Below, in pieces: positions 1-13,285 of a stretch of 64,000 nucleotides of DNA. How positions within the stretch are numbered: the stretch's first letter is position 1; each line of letters opens with the position of its first letter. The notes below the pieces were generated by a model. That model did not search any database, had not been told where the DNA came from, and worked only from the letters and a program-made list of their open reading frames with translations. Origin of the DNA: Massalongia carnosa (lineage: Eukaryota); contig OZ287086.1 of the NCBI GenBank assembly GCA_965645245.1, positions 248,001-312,000 on the forward strand. Direction: 5' to 3'. The position numbers and the translations under genes were made by a program.

Positions 1-758
1 CCGTATCCGAACCCTTTTTTTAAATGCGAATTGAATCTTATTGATGTTTTCGGCAATTTGGTAATTTTTAATTCATTTTTCAATTATTTTCATTGAACTT
101 TTCGAAATAATTAATCTTCACTCGATTTTAATAATCCTGATTTCATTCCATTTGAAAAATTTAATGAATTTTGTTCCTGGAAATTTGCACGGGAATTGAT
201 ACGCCGCGCAACGGGTTAGGTTTTCGCCACCAAATTGCTTTTTCGCTACCGGGTTTTTCTTTCAAAAATCATATGGTTCGCCGCAAACGGGTTGGGTTTT
301 CAGTAGAGAAACCCGACCCATTGTGCGGCATATGAATTGATTGGAATAATATGAAATTCGATAATTTAATTCATTAATATGACAATTCTTGAAACTTTTC
401 CGGCGCATAATAAAATTCCTTGACCAACTTCGTACATTCTAATCCTCCTCACATTACTCGTCGTCCCAACCATTGAAAAACTTCCTCTTTCTGCCCAACC
501 GAAATGCCATCCGCCCGCGCTCGCGACCATGCCGAATCTTCGATAGCCTCCGAATACTTCGATATCAATTCCACCCATGTCCCTATAATCACCTCCGAAT
601 ATTGGCATTCCGCCCCGGGAATCCCTACCCAAAATCCGGCCTCCTTGTCACGATAATATAACATAGCATGCTTTCGTACTCTAACACTTGCTTATCACCG
701 TGATAAGCCCGGCTTAACTCTTTAGTCATTCCATGATAGGAGCAGGTCCAGATTGGGA

Positions 759-3700
759 CTAGTCTAGATTAGCTGTATATAGACGAGCTTGCTCGCATAT
801 CTCAATGGACATCCTTTTACACACTCTTATTATGATGATTACCTTTACACTCCTTCTCCGACTTGATCTCATATCGACGACATATTCCCTGTGGCAATCC
901 ACAATGATAACAACACGAATATCGCTCGTATCGAATCTTCGATGCAATTTGCTTCTCTAATTCTTGCATCGTCGAAACCTCGTCCGAAACGCATTGTGTT
1001 AACGAATGACTCGTCACTCGCATGTCATCCGTCGTCTCGATCGACTCACATGCCGGGCATCGATGCTGCCAAAATTGCAAATGTCGCGTGAATCTTTCAA
1101 TTTCCGTTCTTTCTTGACTACTCTGCATTGTTTGACGCTCTCGTAATCCTCGACGTGCTCGTTGTTGCTCCTCGAATTCTCATGACGATGGTGAATCCTT
1201 CGGGGAACTGCCTGCCATACTTTCATGACCTTCGTCCGCTTCTTCCTCTCGTCTTCGATTCTGCATGTCATGACATCGTTGACATGACTCTTCATTCGTT
1301 TCGCATCCCTTGCGGTCTTGACGTCCATCCATATATTCATCCAATATGACCCGTTGACATTCCTGTTGTTTCGTCGCCATGATAAACCGTTTCATGGTCT
1401 GCCTGGATTCGCTGTCCGGAGACATCTCGCTCGGTGGCTGCGCCTCCGATCGAATCATGATGAAAACTTCGCTGATGTCGCCGTCTCGTCCCGCCCGTCC
1501 GCTTTCTTGCGCATATTCTTCTATACTGCGCGGGACATTCATGTGCACCACCACCCGAATGTCCGATAAATCAATCCCCATCCCAAACGCGCTGGTTGCC
1601 ACCATCACCCAACGGGTCCCCTGCATCAACCCCTGAAATATCTCGTCCTTGTCCGTCGCATGATGATAATATGCGCCGCAATCCAATGCCTGCGCCAACC
1701 GCTGCACTTTCGACACCGTGTTGGCGTACACAATCATCTTTTCGCTCGCTCGGCTCCGCAACATCTCCGTCAAAAAATTCGATTTGTTGCCTGCCGCTGT
1801 TCATCCCCCGCACGATGCGATAACGGATGTTGGCGCGACTCGTGCCGCTGCGAAAAATTCGCACCTCGTCGCGTACGAATCCCATCCGACGACACAATTC
1901 CATCTTCTGCCGGGGCGGCAACGTCGCCGTCAACAATATCATCTGCGTTTCTGCCCCGATTAATCGCCCTAATTGCTGCAATTGCGGTCGGAAATCCCAT
2001 TGTTCGGTCAATGTGACATGACATTCGTCAGTGACAATGCGTTCTAACTGCTGCATGGCTCGTAATCGGTTGATGAATGTCTGAAAATCCCCCGTCACCG
2101 CCGACTCCGGCGTGACCAACACCAACGACGCCGCCTCGGGTGGTCGACGACTGCTCCACTCTGCGCACGTGATGCCCATGGTCTCGCACCGTGGCCGCAT
2201 GTCTTGCCGCAATGCGATCAACGGCACCACCACCACGCTCACCCCTCCGTGCCCGCACGACGCCGGCAACATGAATGCCATGCTTTTGCCGCCCCCGGTG
2301 GGCATCACCGCAATCACCGGGCTTTCGCCCGCCATGATCGCCTCAATCGTGACCCGTTGCACCCCGCGGAACTGACTGCCGGCCCCCATCAATCGCTCCA
2401 ACTGTTGTTGAATGTCTACTTCACGCAATCGTTTCCATCGATACATCCGAATCTCTTGATTCTCTCCTTCCCATACCGTCCGGCGTTTGGTTTCATGTTT
2501 CGACGACTCGTGCGTCGTCATGACCGATGCAAATCCTAAAAACCGATGCCATTCCTGACTGCTTTGACGAAACCGCTGATGCTTGCTGGTCACCTCCTCA
2601 TCGGCCTCCATAATGTCTCGTGCATATATCATGCCCGTCACGTGCGATTCATGCCCCGCTTGCACGTCCGCGATATTGTTTAACTCATCGTCGGTCGTCT
2701 CCTCGTTTTCCGTGTCGGCATGAAATGACAAACCCTCTCGCATGTACTTTCGACTGATGCCAATGACAATCTCCCGATATGCCTGAATGCCCAATGACAC
2801 GCTCATGCCAATTTGACTCTCGCGTTGCAACACTGTCCGCAGTCGCTGCGACGTTCACCGTTTGCCATTCGGGTCGGACGGTCACATGAACGCTGACACC
2901 TGATCTTTCTCTCAAATCGTGACTTTCAATTGTTGCTGAAATGGCAATATCAATCATATGTAATACATCAACAACTCCTCGATCTCGCGGGGAAAATATC
3001 GATGAATCACCTTGACATCTTCTTTCCTCACATATCCTTTATGATATCGGGTCACGTACACCATCAATCCCTGCTCCACGAATATGTTGCGTTGCTCTCC
3101 TCGCGCCGTGTTGCTGTGTCGACAACTCAATATTTCGAGGCCTCGTCCGGGCTTTTCGCCGCTCATGTGCATTAACACCAATAATTTCTCGCGAAATTCC
3201 ATCACCTGCGCCATGTACGTCTCGATTCCCTTGCGATTCCATTGCATTTTGGCTTTGGGCTGAACAAATCGTCGTTTCACCTCCTCATGATTCCATGTTC
3301 GATTGAACAACCACCATTCCCCATCCACCGCGAACTCGTGCCGCTCGTCGTGCATAAAATTCCATCCTGGCGTGTTTTTGCTGGGGTTGTCGCGTAATGC
3401 AGTCCACTCCATGCTGGGCACCGCTCCTAATTGGGGAACAAACAACAAATCCTCCATCATCAATCGTCGAGTTTCCGTAACCAGTCCATGAATCATGCTG
3501 CGAAACTGTCGCATGCTGAATTGAATGTTTTTATACACAATCTGATCTCCAATCCAATCAATATGACCGGCACTAGTGGTGTTGTAATGAATCTTCAACC
3601 CGTACGTGCGTAAATCCAACATCCATTGCATGGGACTGTGACTGCCCCGAATCATAAATCGATTCATCATGTCTCGAACTCGTTCCAAACATCCCGTGCC

Positions 3701-5176
3701 TTCGGTCGCGAACCCCTCGTGTTCCGACTCGTTCTCCTCGTCATGGTCACTGTCGTCGCTCAACCACTCCCTCATCTGTGACGCTGAACCCGACGTGTTC
3801 GCTCGTTCGTCCTCGTCGCTGTTTTCCCATGCATGCTGTACCACTATCATGCGTGCCAATTTAATCATGCGTGACAATATGGGTGGGTATCGATCGGGTC
3901 CTAACCATCGATCCTCGTCCACTCCCAACACCGCCAACGCGTTCACCAATGGACTGTCATATTCGGTGCGTGTGATGCGTTGATCCAACAACGCAATGCA
4001 AAAGTCCAAACACGATTTATCAACCTGATTCAATTCGGCCTCTTCATGAACGGGACGGTCTGTCTCTTCAACATCTGGGATTTCCACCGCTGATGATGTG
4101 GATTCGACTTCCTCACCGAATTCATTGTCTTCCATGGCCCTTTCAATGGCGGCGCAAAATCGTCTCCAAGCTCGTTTCTGGGCTGGGGTGAATCGATATG
4201 ACGGGCTACTCTCGCTACCTTGTGGCCGCGCACGGGCAAAAAACATCAACACCTGCTTCCATGGCCGACTCTGATCCTGAATGGATTGGGTGTTCATATA
4301 TGATTGCAATGGCGTGTATTCCTGACTACTGTTGTCTTTGCGCACTGCTTCCATGCGCACAAAACTCCCTGCCCGGGAAATAATGGTTTGTTGACAATGT
4401 CGGATCATGCGATCAAATGACGTCCACATTTCGCTGATGCTGGGTTCCTCTGCTGGGTCGGGCTGAGCCACTAATGTCATTAATGTCGGTCGTTCGAATC
4501 CTGTCAAATATGATAATCATCCAGTTCGTTCCAACAATGGATTTACTTCCGTCAATTCTCCTTCCTGTATCATCTTGCGCTCTTTCTCCTTCACTGCCGC
4601 CATGGCCTGATTCATGACTTGTCGGGCTTGACCTTGCACATTCATTTCAACTGTCTCATTCATGACTTCTTCGGGATTGTTAACTTGAAAATAATGCGAC
4701 CCGTGTTGATGATTAAAAAATCTTTGACATGCAACTGGTTTTCACGGTTGGTCCGTCGAGCTCGATCTCATCTTGCTGGGTTTGCCTTTTCGTGAGTGCA
4801 TGGACTAATCGTGCTTCTGTTTGCAATGCGTCTTCATTTTCTTTTCACTGCGACAAATATACTGACATCGTTCGGGTTGAAGGTAACATAACAATCCATC
4901 TAAATGCATTGCCAGTCCGTGAATCCTCGTATCTACTTGATTGATAATGTTTAACTCTATGGGTACTGGATCAAATTGGGCCTTGATTGCGCCGTCTCCG
5001 CAATGGGTGCGGCTTCCTTGCCTTTCATGCGATGCTGCGAGCCTTGGAAATAGGACTACACCTGAGACCTGAGAGGGCCAAATGACATGTTGACTTTTGC
5101 GACACACGATCATTCGCCACTCGCTCAAATGCTCAATGAGTAGTGCGCTCATGATGATGATGATGATGATGGTCAA
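759..5176 (-). pseudogene. Telomere-linked-helicase-like (TLH) RecQ/SF2 helicase with N-terminal C2H2/DUF3505-like region; frameshifted into at least 6 ORFs
   Basis: ORF 4805-5176 has Cys/His motifs (IVCRKSQH, CQYIC..MKTHCKQKH). ORF 1571-2833 has Walker A MPTGGGKS, DECH and LTAT. ORF 1180-1773 has VATSAFGMGID, YAQESGRAGRDG and Cys-rich RecQ Zn-type CQR..C..CQRC. C-terminal CCYHCGLP..C. Several frame breaks. Confidence 0.9.
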
Positions 5177-5261
5177 TTCGGGAATGGCATTTTCTTACCA
5201 TTGTGTGATTCGGAATATGGGCTCTCGCTTATTCGCAAAGTGGGCGCAAGCGGGATCTCAT

Positions 5262-5891
5262 TTTTATTTTTTTTATTAATTCATTAAGCGTATGCATCCT
5301 AAGGATATGACGCTGTGACTGCTATTTATGTACATAAACAACAGTCAGGAAGTGGAAACCTGGCCCCCAGGGTAAAACCACTCCCTTGTTCCATGTTGAA
5401 CGCAACGAGACCGTCCTTCTACCACGCGGTGCATACACCCAGATCTTTAAGCGCTAGGAATCCTATAGACTCGATGAACAAGACAGTGTATTTCCACACG
5501 TTCGACGAACGTTCTTTCTCTTTAAACGTTTTGATTCAATGGAGGAAAGACTGGCCGTGATCGAGGGCAGATCTTGGTGTCGTATAAATAAAGGTGTGTA
5601 AGTGTGGCCATTCTAAATGAATGGGCTTTTTCGATGTGGTGAAAGGCTTCCGCCTGAGGGGTGTGGCCATTCCGAATGAATGGGCTTTTTCGATAAGGTG
5701 AAAGGCTTCCGCCTGAGGGGTGTGGCCATTCCGAATGAATGGGCTTCGTATGTGTGCCTTCGAGGTGACGAATAATCAGTAGAGACGTTGATCGTTCAAA
5801 TGGCCACCGAGGTGGACTTCCGCGTTGGCGATGATCAGATATTGGCCACCTCCGAGGCTGCACTACGTAGAGGTTTCTGACCCAGCAGGCC
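5262..5891 (-). mobile_element. Non-LTR retroposed insertion (SINE-like or 5'-truncated LINE)
   Basis: 13-bp direct repeat AGCGGGATCTCAT at 5249-5261 and 5892-5904. T-rich tract at the left end is an A-rich tail on the minus strand. Confidence 0.7.
5602..5746. repeat. 59-bp tandem repeat, about 2.5 copies
   Basis: Unit GTGTGGCCATTC..AATGAATGGGCTTTTTCGAT..GGTGAAAGGCTTCCGCCTGAGGG starts at 5602, 5661 and 5720. Confidence 0.95.
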
Positions 5892-6210
5892 AGCGGGATC
5901 TCATGTTGAATGAAGTTGAATGGTTTTATGAAATTGACAACTACATTTTAATGCGACAACTTTAATTTTTGCATATTCGGAATCGCCGAGTGAAATTGTA
6001 CAGTTTATATATACACTATGTTTCACGGTACTCATCATCTACTGATGTTGAGCGGCGGCGAGTTTCGATGTTCTGACCGACTTTCGCGATCAGGTGACTC
6101 GCGATCTTAAGAAGGGACGGTTCAACTACTATATCCACCCAAGGCCAATCAAAGGAAAGTACGGCATCTGCCGGCGCACTAACCGCTTCCGTTACTCAAC
6201 CCCTTTAGCA

Positions 6211-6501
6211 TGTCACGGAAGTGATGAAGCACGTGTCAAATCGGAACGGGAAGAACTAGCATTCCGAAGGTGCCAGGAACAGTCATGAGGTAATGACATT
6301 GCGGAAGTCCATGCCGAAAGCATGAACATGGTAATCAAGAGGCTACGCCCGAAGGTGGACTAGCTTAGTTATCGGGGTTATAGGCGTGTCTTTTCGATCT
6401 CCTGTTTCTTTTCTCCTTGTCGAACGTCTTGTCCATTTAGCTAGACAATCAAGCCTCACGTTTGCACCACCTGAATTACTACACGCCCTCGCACCGTGAC
6501 A
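6211..6501. mobile_element. Solo LTR (291 bp)
   Basis: Termini TGTCACGG...CCGTGACA form a perfect 8-bp inverted repeat. 5-bp TSD TAGCA on both sides. Confidence 0.9.
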
Positions 6502-7245
6502 TAGCAATCATAGGGGCAATCAACGGAGGTCCAAAAGGACTGAAAGGGACGCATCGGAACGACCTTCTAAAGCAAACACAAATGGATGAAAGGGACAAAG
6601 GGCAGAAAGACTGTTTGACCAAACTGTTCACTTATTGATGAAGACACAAGCAGCTGGATCGGGCCAAGCGATTATCTATATAGACTCCTAGAGAGGGCAC
6701 CTTTTGCTTGTTTCCTTTCTGCATCTTTGATATTTTCTAGTTCATAGCTTCCCAGTAGATAGTCAATTCCACATCCTGGTTGAACCGTCACACTATGCGC
6801 AATCAAATATTCATAAAGTTCCTTGCACTTTAACACGACGTGATTTATCATAATGAGTAGACATGTTGAGGAAAAATGTTGAATTAAGGGGGTGTTTTGA
6901 TAAGGAAACTTTTCGGCCCACGTTTTGACTTCTTTTTTCACTCGCGTGCCCATCCAAACCCTTAACAAATCTCATCGTCATCAACGGCAATGTTGATGAT
7001 ATGAAGAAATTTTCTATGATACGTCGCGAGATAACACAAATATCTAGCCCTCCCATCGAGTTGCTTCTTTCATATACCTTCATTCATCATACGTCTCACA
7101 TATAGAGGAGCTGACGAGAGAAATTGGTTATCTAGAACAAGAATTCACTTATTACAGAGATACTCGTGAGCCACTGCCTCCCACGAATACTATATCCGAG
7201 AATGAAGTACATTAGCCTCTAAAAGTTCCTGGTAATGAGCGTACA

Positions 7246-10060
7246 TCAATGTTCCTTAAGGGGATAGAAATTCTTCATCAACCTCCTATGCGTCTCATCC
7301 ATCTTGTCAAACTTCCCCGCGAACTCAAACAGCTTCCCGGCCAAACACGCTTCGTGCAGTGCCAACGGATTAGCCTTACCAAGAATTCTCTTATATATCT
7401 CCATTAAAGTACAAGTCTCTTCGAAAGTCCGACAATTTATGAACCCATAGTCCACCTGAACGGCAGGGCTAGGAAGAAACTCCGCAGGATCAGCAATCGC
7501 CACAAATTGCTTGAGATCCCAAACAGAAGGCCAGGGTCCGGCAGGCGGGACGGAAAGAAATTCTTCAAGAAATGGAAATTTTATTCTTTGGTCCTTAAGG
7601 CCCTTGGAATCCATAAGTTGAATAAGTTTTCCAGCTTCGAAGGCCTGCCAGAACTCGGGGAAGGTGGCTGTTTGGCCTTTGCGCCGTCCCGGCATTGGGA
7701 ACTTTAAATTGCTCCAGACATCTTCAAAAAGCTCATCGCCTGTTAGCAAAGCTTGGTAGAGCCCCCCGAGTGTTCCCTGTTCCCGTTCCCCATTGCATGT
7801 GCAGAAGCCGAATGCGTGCCAATTCTGCTCCATCGGATGGGGATGGGCCATGTGCAGGGTTGCCGCCAGCATGAGATAGGAACGGGCCTTTGCTTCCGGT
7901 TTCAACTCCTTCCGATCCTTATTCTGGTCCTCCGGATCGAGGTATGGACGGGCTTTGTCAAGGAATTTTGCTAACATTTGTTCCACGGACTCTTCTTTGG
8001 TCATGCATCTGTCAAGGATGTCTGTGTGATTTAAAAACCAGGGGAAATAGCCTCCTCGATGTGTCTCGGGGATCTTATAGTAGAAGTCTTTGATATTGGC
8101 AACAAGAGTGCCTTCAACGCGCCATTTGTGGACTTCTTCAGGACCTATCTTGTCGGAGAGCAATCCTTGGTATAGCCCGAAAAGTTTACACTTATCGGCG
8201 AAAGATGGCAGATGGTTAAAACCAAAATCTTCCAGGACTTCTTCCTCTTCGGATAGCTGGTCTTCGACAAGACTCTTGAATAAATAGTCGGCAGTTGTGA
8301 GTGGACGCCTGCTACATTGGAATATATGGTACAAAGAACTCTGATTTTGGCAGGACTCGCTGCAATAAAAACCCCGGCTACAAAAGCTGCATCTGCGTGA
8401 TGTCATTTTGCAACATACGTCGCATTCCTCCATCTTATCGGAATGTTTTTCGGGAGTCCTGATAGTTGTCAACTGAGAAGCGGGTTGCTCTTCCTTAAGA
8501 GTCTTTCTATTCTCGTGTCAGCAGGAATGTCTTCATAGGGACTCTTTGATTGCGAATCCCGAGGGTTTTGGGGTTATTACCTTTTGAACATTTGAGCAAC
8601 TCGTTCTTGCTCAGCTTTCAATCTCCATATCTTGATGTCAGACTGTCTCTGTAGACCTTCCGCGCGGTGGTCCGTCACAATACTACTCCCACCAATGACA
8701 GAGGTTTTCTGCTGGGGCTTATACTCCTTCATCGGTGCCTTTAATTCCTTCTTCAGACCCTTCTGCAGCTGTGTCAAAGCTTGACTTATTCTTTCGCATT
8801 GTTGTGGTACAAGCCCTGCAATTCGTGGCACTGTCCATTGACTGAAGACGCGCCCATGGCAGCCCCTCGAAGTGAAGCTCCCATGATATTGTAATAGTCG
8901 AGCGCACAGGAAGCAGCTGAGCTTGCTACATCCCAGATAGGGTAGCACACCATGGAGAGATGGATTATTGGTACATAGAAATAGTAGCATTTCGACTTCG
9001 GCATGCACTTGGAGCTTATTCTTCTGGACCTTCGTAAAGTCTCGGTTGACTTGACTGACCGAGCTTTTTCTGATCACGGCCTTAAGTGTCTGAGAGTCAA
9101 CGCATAATCCGAGTAGCTCAAAAGTCTGCTTTAGGTTGAGGGGGTTCTTAGGGGGCTTGACTGGTAAGCAGGTGTGTGGCAGTAGAATAATGGTGACTTC
9201 GTTGAAGCTCCCAAGCTTTAATGTAATTTCTTCAAATTTTTTGAATCCCACGCGAAGCCTGGCGAGCAAACATATCTCGACCCATAATTTTTCCGTGACT
9301 TCCACTGACGAATCCTGTAACAATACCTCGGCGCTCGTGCTTGTTCGGAGTTCGTATGCACAGTTGACCAGCTTGGCGTGCTCCGTTGCTGCGGCGTCAA
9401 AAACCAACTTTCGTAGCATTGAGAGCTTATTGGCAGAGATGGAATGGTTTCCAATCGTGATCTTACTGTGTGTCACGTTGTCTTCGCGCTTGAAAGCCGC
9501 TCTCAAATTGGGGACATAGTCGTGCTGGATCCGATCTTGGTAATACGAGACTATCTCAGCCCACATGGCGTCCATGACTGCTTTCGTTTCCATAGAGTCT
9601 AAACATAAGTGAATATCTCTAATGAGACGATTTTCTGATAGGGATACACACTGTGCCCACACGACAGCCTACTCAATAGTAAACTCAGCTTGTCGAAGAC
9701 TGCCTTGTCTTTCCCGGGAAATCCCTTATTGCGAGCTATCCAGATGGTCACACCATCCTCGGCCTCTTTCATGGCGGTACAAGAGACGGTCTTCCCATCC
9801 TTCTTGTTGGCAGCGAGTTCCGCCAAACAGTCTAGGAACTTCCTCTTCAGCCTCATGTGACCCGAGTCAGATATTTGATGAGCTTTGTTCGTGTCAACGC
9901 TAGCCCCATCCCACTCGTCATCACGATCATCTGCGAGCACATCGTTAGGCAGCGAGGCAGATTCGACCTGCCCGCCATCTCGAAGGTAGAGAAGATTAGC
10001 AAAGGCATTGAAATGTGCTTTGTTAAGCTCTGGGGTACCCCAGTGAAATGTTGCACTCAT
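7246..10060 (-). CDS. OTT_1508-like nucleic-acid deaminase fused to a MYND zinc finger and a fungal C-terminal domain; 3 exons (10060-9652, 9598-8581, 8506-7246), about 895 aa
   Basis: Deaminase motifs VHAEVEML, YLGCSKLSCFLC and RGCHG..W. MYND-like CDVC..CSFC..YCSESCQ..HIFQC. GT-AG introns 9599-9651 and 8507-8580 join the three ORFs in frame. Confidence 0.8.
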
Positions 10061-10136
10061 GGTATTCTAACTCTTGTCGATTCCAGTCTGTCGACCTGCA
10101 AGAAATAGAAGGGAAGTGACATTGTACAACGTATTT

Positions 10137-11670
10137 CCGGGACAAACTAGGCAACGGGACAAAGTAATTCCGAAACCCTTACTTTTGAATCATTCTAGAT
10201 GATGAAGTCTTCATTACATACATTTTACATACAAACTCAGCTTCATATAACGTAACCCACCACTAGTTCGTCACCCACCACTACTTTAAACACCAAAATT
10301 GCTTCATTTACCTTGCTGTCGCCAGCTGCAAAGTCGTCGATAAAAATAACTTCATGAATCTAACTAAAGGCGCCTCTTATTCAGCCATTAATCTAACCCC
10401 AGACCGAAGGAATTGCTTCAATTCGTCGCCCAGAGCCCAAACCAACCACCCTTTTTGATCCGACTTCCCCATGCCTTCCGAGTCTCTCCAGTCGAAAAAT
10501 CTCTTCGTAATAGCTTCATGATCGACAGTATTAATTATAGTGAGATGACGAGTGTGATTTTGAATGAGAGTAGTTCGATTAGCTACAAACAAGATCTAAA
10601 TTAAAGGGTTTGGAATTATCAGAGGCCCAGTAGAAAACATCAGAGGCCCAAATGAACATAAAGCTCTTTTTTCATCGGATATTTCTCCCAATCTTCGTTG
10701 TCTTTTGTATGTAAAATAGTCGTATAATTGTCGAATTCCTGGACAATCTTCCATCTTTTTCCTGCCTCTTCAAAGACCTTTCGACATGGCCAGTTCAATT
10801 GAACAATTCCCATCCGGCGAGCGCCCTTCCATCTCTTCCAATCAGAAGAACGTACAGGTTCCATGCTGTGATCTTGTCGAGGTCTCCGAGACTCCCGATA
10901 CCAGTCATGATCCATTGTTTTATTCTTCCCCTCCCCTCCCGCAACGTTCAATCAATCCGGTGTTTCAGGCCGTCGCCATCCGACGACAGTTCGAAGAGCT
11001 TGTCGAAGAACCTTTTGTAGATGGCATATCTGGAAAGGAGTGGAGAGAGCGAGTGCATCGACAATTGAACACGAAGCTCGAGGCCGCTTTGTGTTAAATA
11101 AACAGTTGACGGCATAATGTTGAAATTACTACGGAGGTGACTGCTTATAGCAGTCATGGCAGCCTGCAGGGCTGAGCTAGATCTAATGGGGCTAAGCGAG
11201 TATTCCAACACTTTGGAGGATAATGATCTCGACAAGAAGCTTGATATACTGCGTCAACTGGCATATTGTCAGGTCTTAGAACGGGAGGGCTATTGGACAG
11301 GTCTCGCACGCGTAACGGACATGACCATGGACTATGTGCACAAAGAAATTCGCGGAGAAGTGAAATAATAGTTGGAGGCTTTTTGTGCATCATCGCCCTC
11401 TCCACCTCGCATGAACTCGGTATGTTCTTCCCTGTCTTCCTCGCCCATGTCATCGCCTTTGGCCAGGCGGGTGATTGCGCCGCTTTCCAGAGGAGATCGT
11501 GTAGGTTTAGCCGTCATAGCTGCAAAGAGCAAAAGAAAAACAGCGAACGAAGTCGCTTTTATTTACGGGGTCAAAAGGGGAACTGTGGCCCGTCGAATTA
11601 AAGGAAGTCGAAATGCCGCGGAGTATGGTCTGACTCGTCGCCTTTTGGATGACAGCGAGGAGCAATTAGC
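10137..11670 (+). mobile_element. Probable 5' part of a pogo/Fot1-like DNA transposon (psq-type HTH), truncated where the Tc1 element begins
   Basis: ORF 11372-11683 reads AFIYGVKRGTVARRIKG..RRLLDDSEEQL, typical of a pogo N-terminus. Repeated CGGGACAAA at about 10137-10165 resembles a Fot1-type terminus. Left boundary uncertain. Confidence 0.5.
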
Positions 11671-11820
11671 GTATGCAAAATGATTTGCAATTTCGCTTAT
11701 GAAAACAACATGACCCCACCATTCAAACTCCAAAATCTTAATTTTCCTAGATATTCCCTACACCAAAATCTTAACATATTTTTATAATTTGGTAGACACA
11801 TATATATATTAATCGTCAAT

Positions 11821-12962
11821 ATGGTCGAATTCCTTCCTCCATCCATGCGATCGCGAATCATTCGATATTTATTCCTTCATTGGCGACCGGATGCCATAGC
11901 CAAAGAGGTTCATTGCAGTGTCCGAACTATCTATCATTTCCAAGAGAATTTATTCATGTATGGTAGCATATCCGCTCCTCGAAGACGTCATCTAGGTTGC
12001 GCATGCAAAATTACTAAAGCCGCCGGCGACTCCTTGATCGAATATCTAAATCGTCAGCCATGGGCCCAACAAAAGGAGATGGTCTGGTTTCTTTGGGAGG
12101 AGTGGGGTATATTCGTGCATCAATCAACCGTTTCTAGGGAAATAAAGAAACGGCGATAGAGTCAAAAGAAAAGTCAAAGACATGGGCGTAGGAACGACGA
12201 ATTGAGGGAAAATTGGCATGCTAGCATGCTTAATGTGACTGCAGAGCAGTTGGTTTTCGTTGATGAAACAGCATTCAATGAGATGACCGGTTGGAGGATG
12301 AGGGCATACGCACCAATTGGCCAACCGGCTCGATACCAGGGGGACATTAGGAGGGGTCATAATTGGACCGTTCTTCCTGCATATACTGTTGATGGCTATC
12401 TGCCATGTACGAGCATTCGGGAGGGGTGGTTAATGCAGATGGTTTCTTTCAATGGATAACCGACGAATTACTTCCATATTGCACCCCTTATCCAGGCCCC
12501 CGAAGCGTTATAGTCATGGATAATGCCGCTATCCATTGCAACCCACGCATTGAGGAGGCCATTCGTGGACACGGTTGCGAAGTACGATATCTGCCCCCCT
12601 ATTCACCGGATTTCAATCCAATCGAGTTGAGTTTTAGTGTATTAAAGGCTTGGTTTAAAACCCATTATACCTCAATTCGCTCTGAATTTGAGGGCACCTT
12701 CGGCGATTTAATTCGATATGCCATCGACAGGAGCCATTGTGACCGTTTCGCTAAAGAGCACTTTCGTCATAGTAGTGGGGGTGGGGGGTATATATTCGAG
12801 GCCGACATCATTGAATTGGAAAGGGAGCTATATGGGGGTGAGGTGCAAATAGATTTTGATATTAGTACTCTGGAAGCCAGGGTAAATTTCTATGTAGACA
12901 CCCAACGCCCTTCTTTACGAGTAGTTCGAGTCCATCATGAGACATCATCAAGGTCAGGCTGA
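11821..12962 (+). mobile_element. IS630/Tc1-like DD34E transposase, with a stop and a frameshift
   Basis: HTH region, FVDETAFN, VMDNAAIH and YLPPYSPDFNPIE, with 34 residues between the second D and E. Stop at 12157-12159 and frameshift near 12425. No TIR pair found. Confidence 0.9.
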
Positions 12963-13285
12963 GATCATTGATTGATCGAAGCAGTGGAGGGTCTGCCTTT
13001 TAGTAGCGAGAAAACCCGTGCAGTGAGCTAGCCTAGCGAGTAAGCTAGATTAGATTAGATTAGTTAGATATCAGATTAGATCAACTGACTCGTTCGCTTA
13101 ATAAGGGCTCGTACTATTGTCTAGGGTCAAATGCCAGAATAAAGTCGTTCCGTTGTTGCAATTATTTGAGCACACTGCCATTCTAATCTGTTAAAGAGAC
13201 TTGAACGTTCGTCAAACAGAGTACTATCCAACCATAAGTAAGCGTTTTCTGTATTCTGTATCTCGCATCACATCGACTAGTCAAG

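Noticed and set aside
200..320. Telomeric repeats next to the TLH-like gene (GGGTTAGG, GGGTTGGG) and a hairpin at 289-319
   Set aside because: No tandem TTAGGG array; the hairpin could mark an element end but has no supporting partner.
5602..5746. CRISPR-like regularly spaced repeats
   Set aside because: Units are contiguous with no unique spacers, the context is eukaryotic and there are no cas genes.
6672..7083. Overlapping short minus-strand ORFs
   Set aside because: No recognisable domain; possibly a gene relic.
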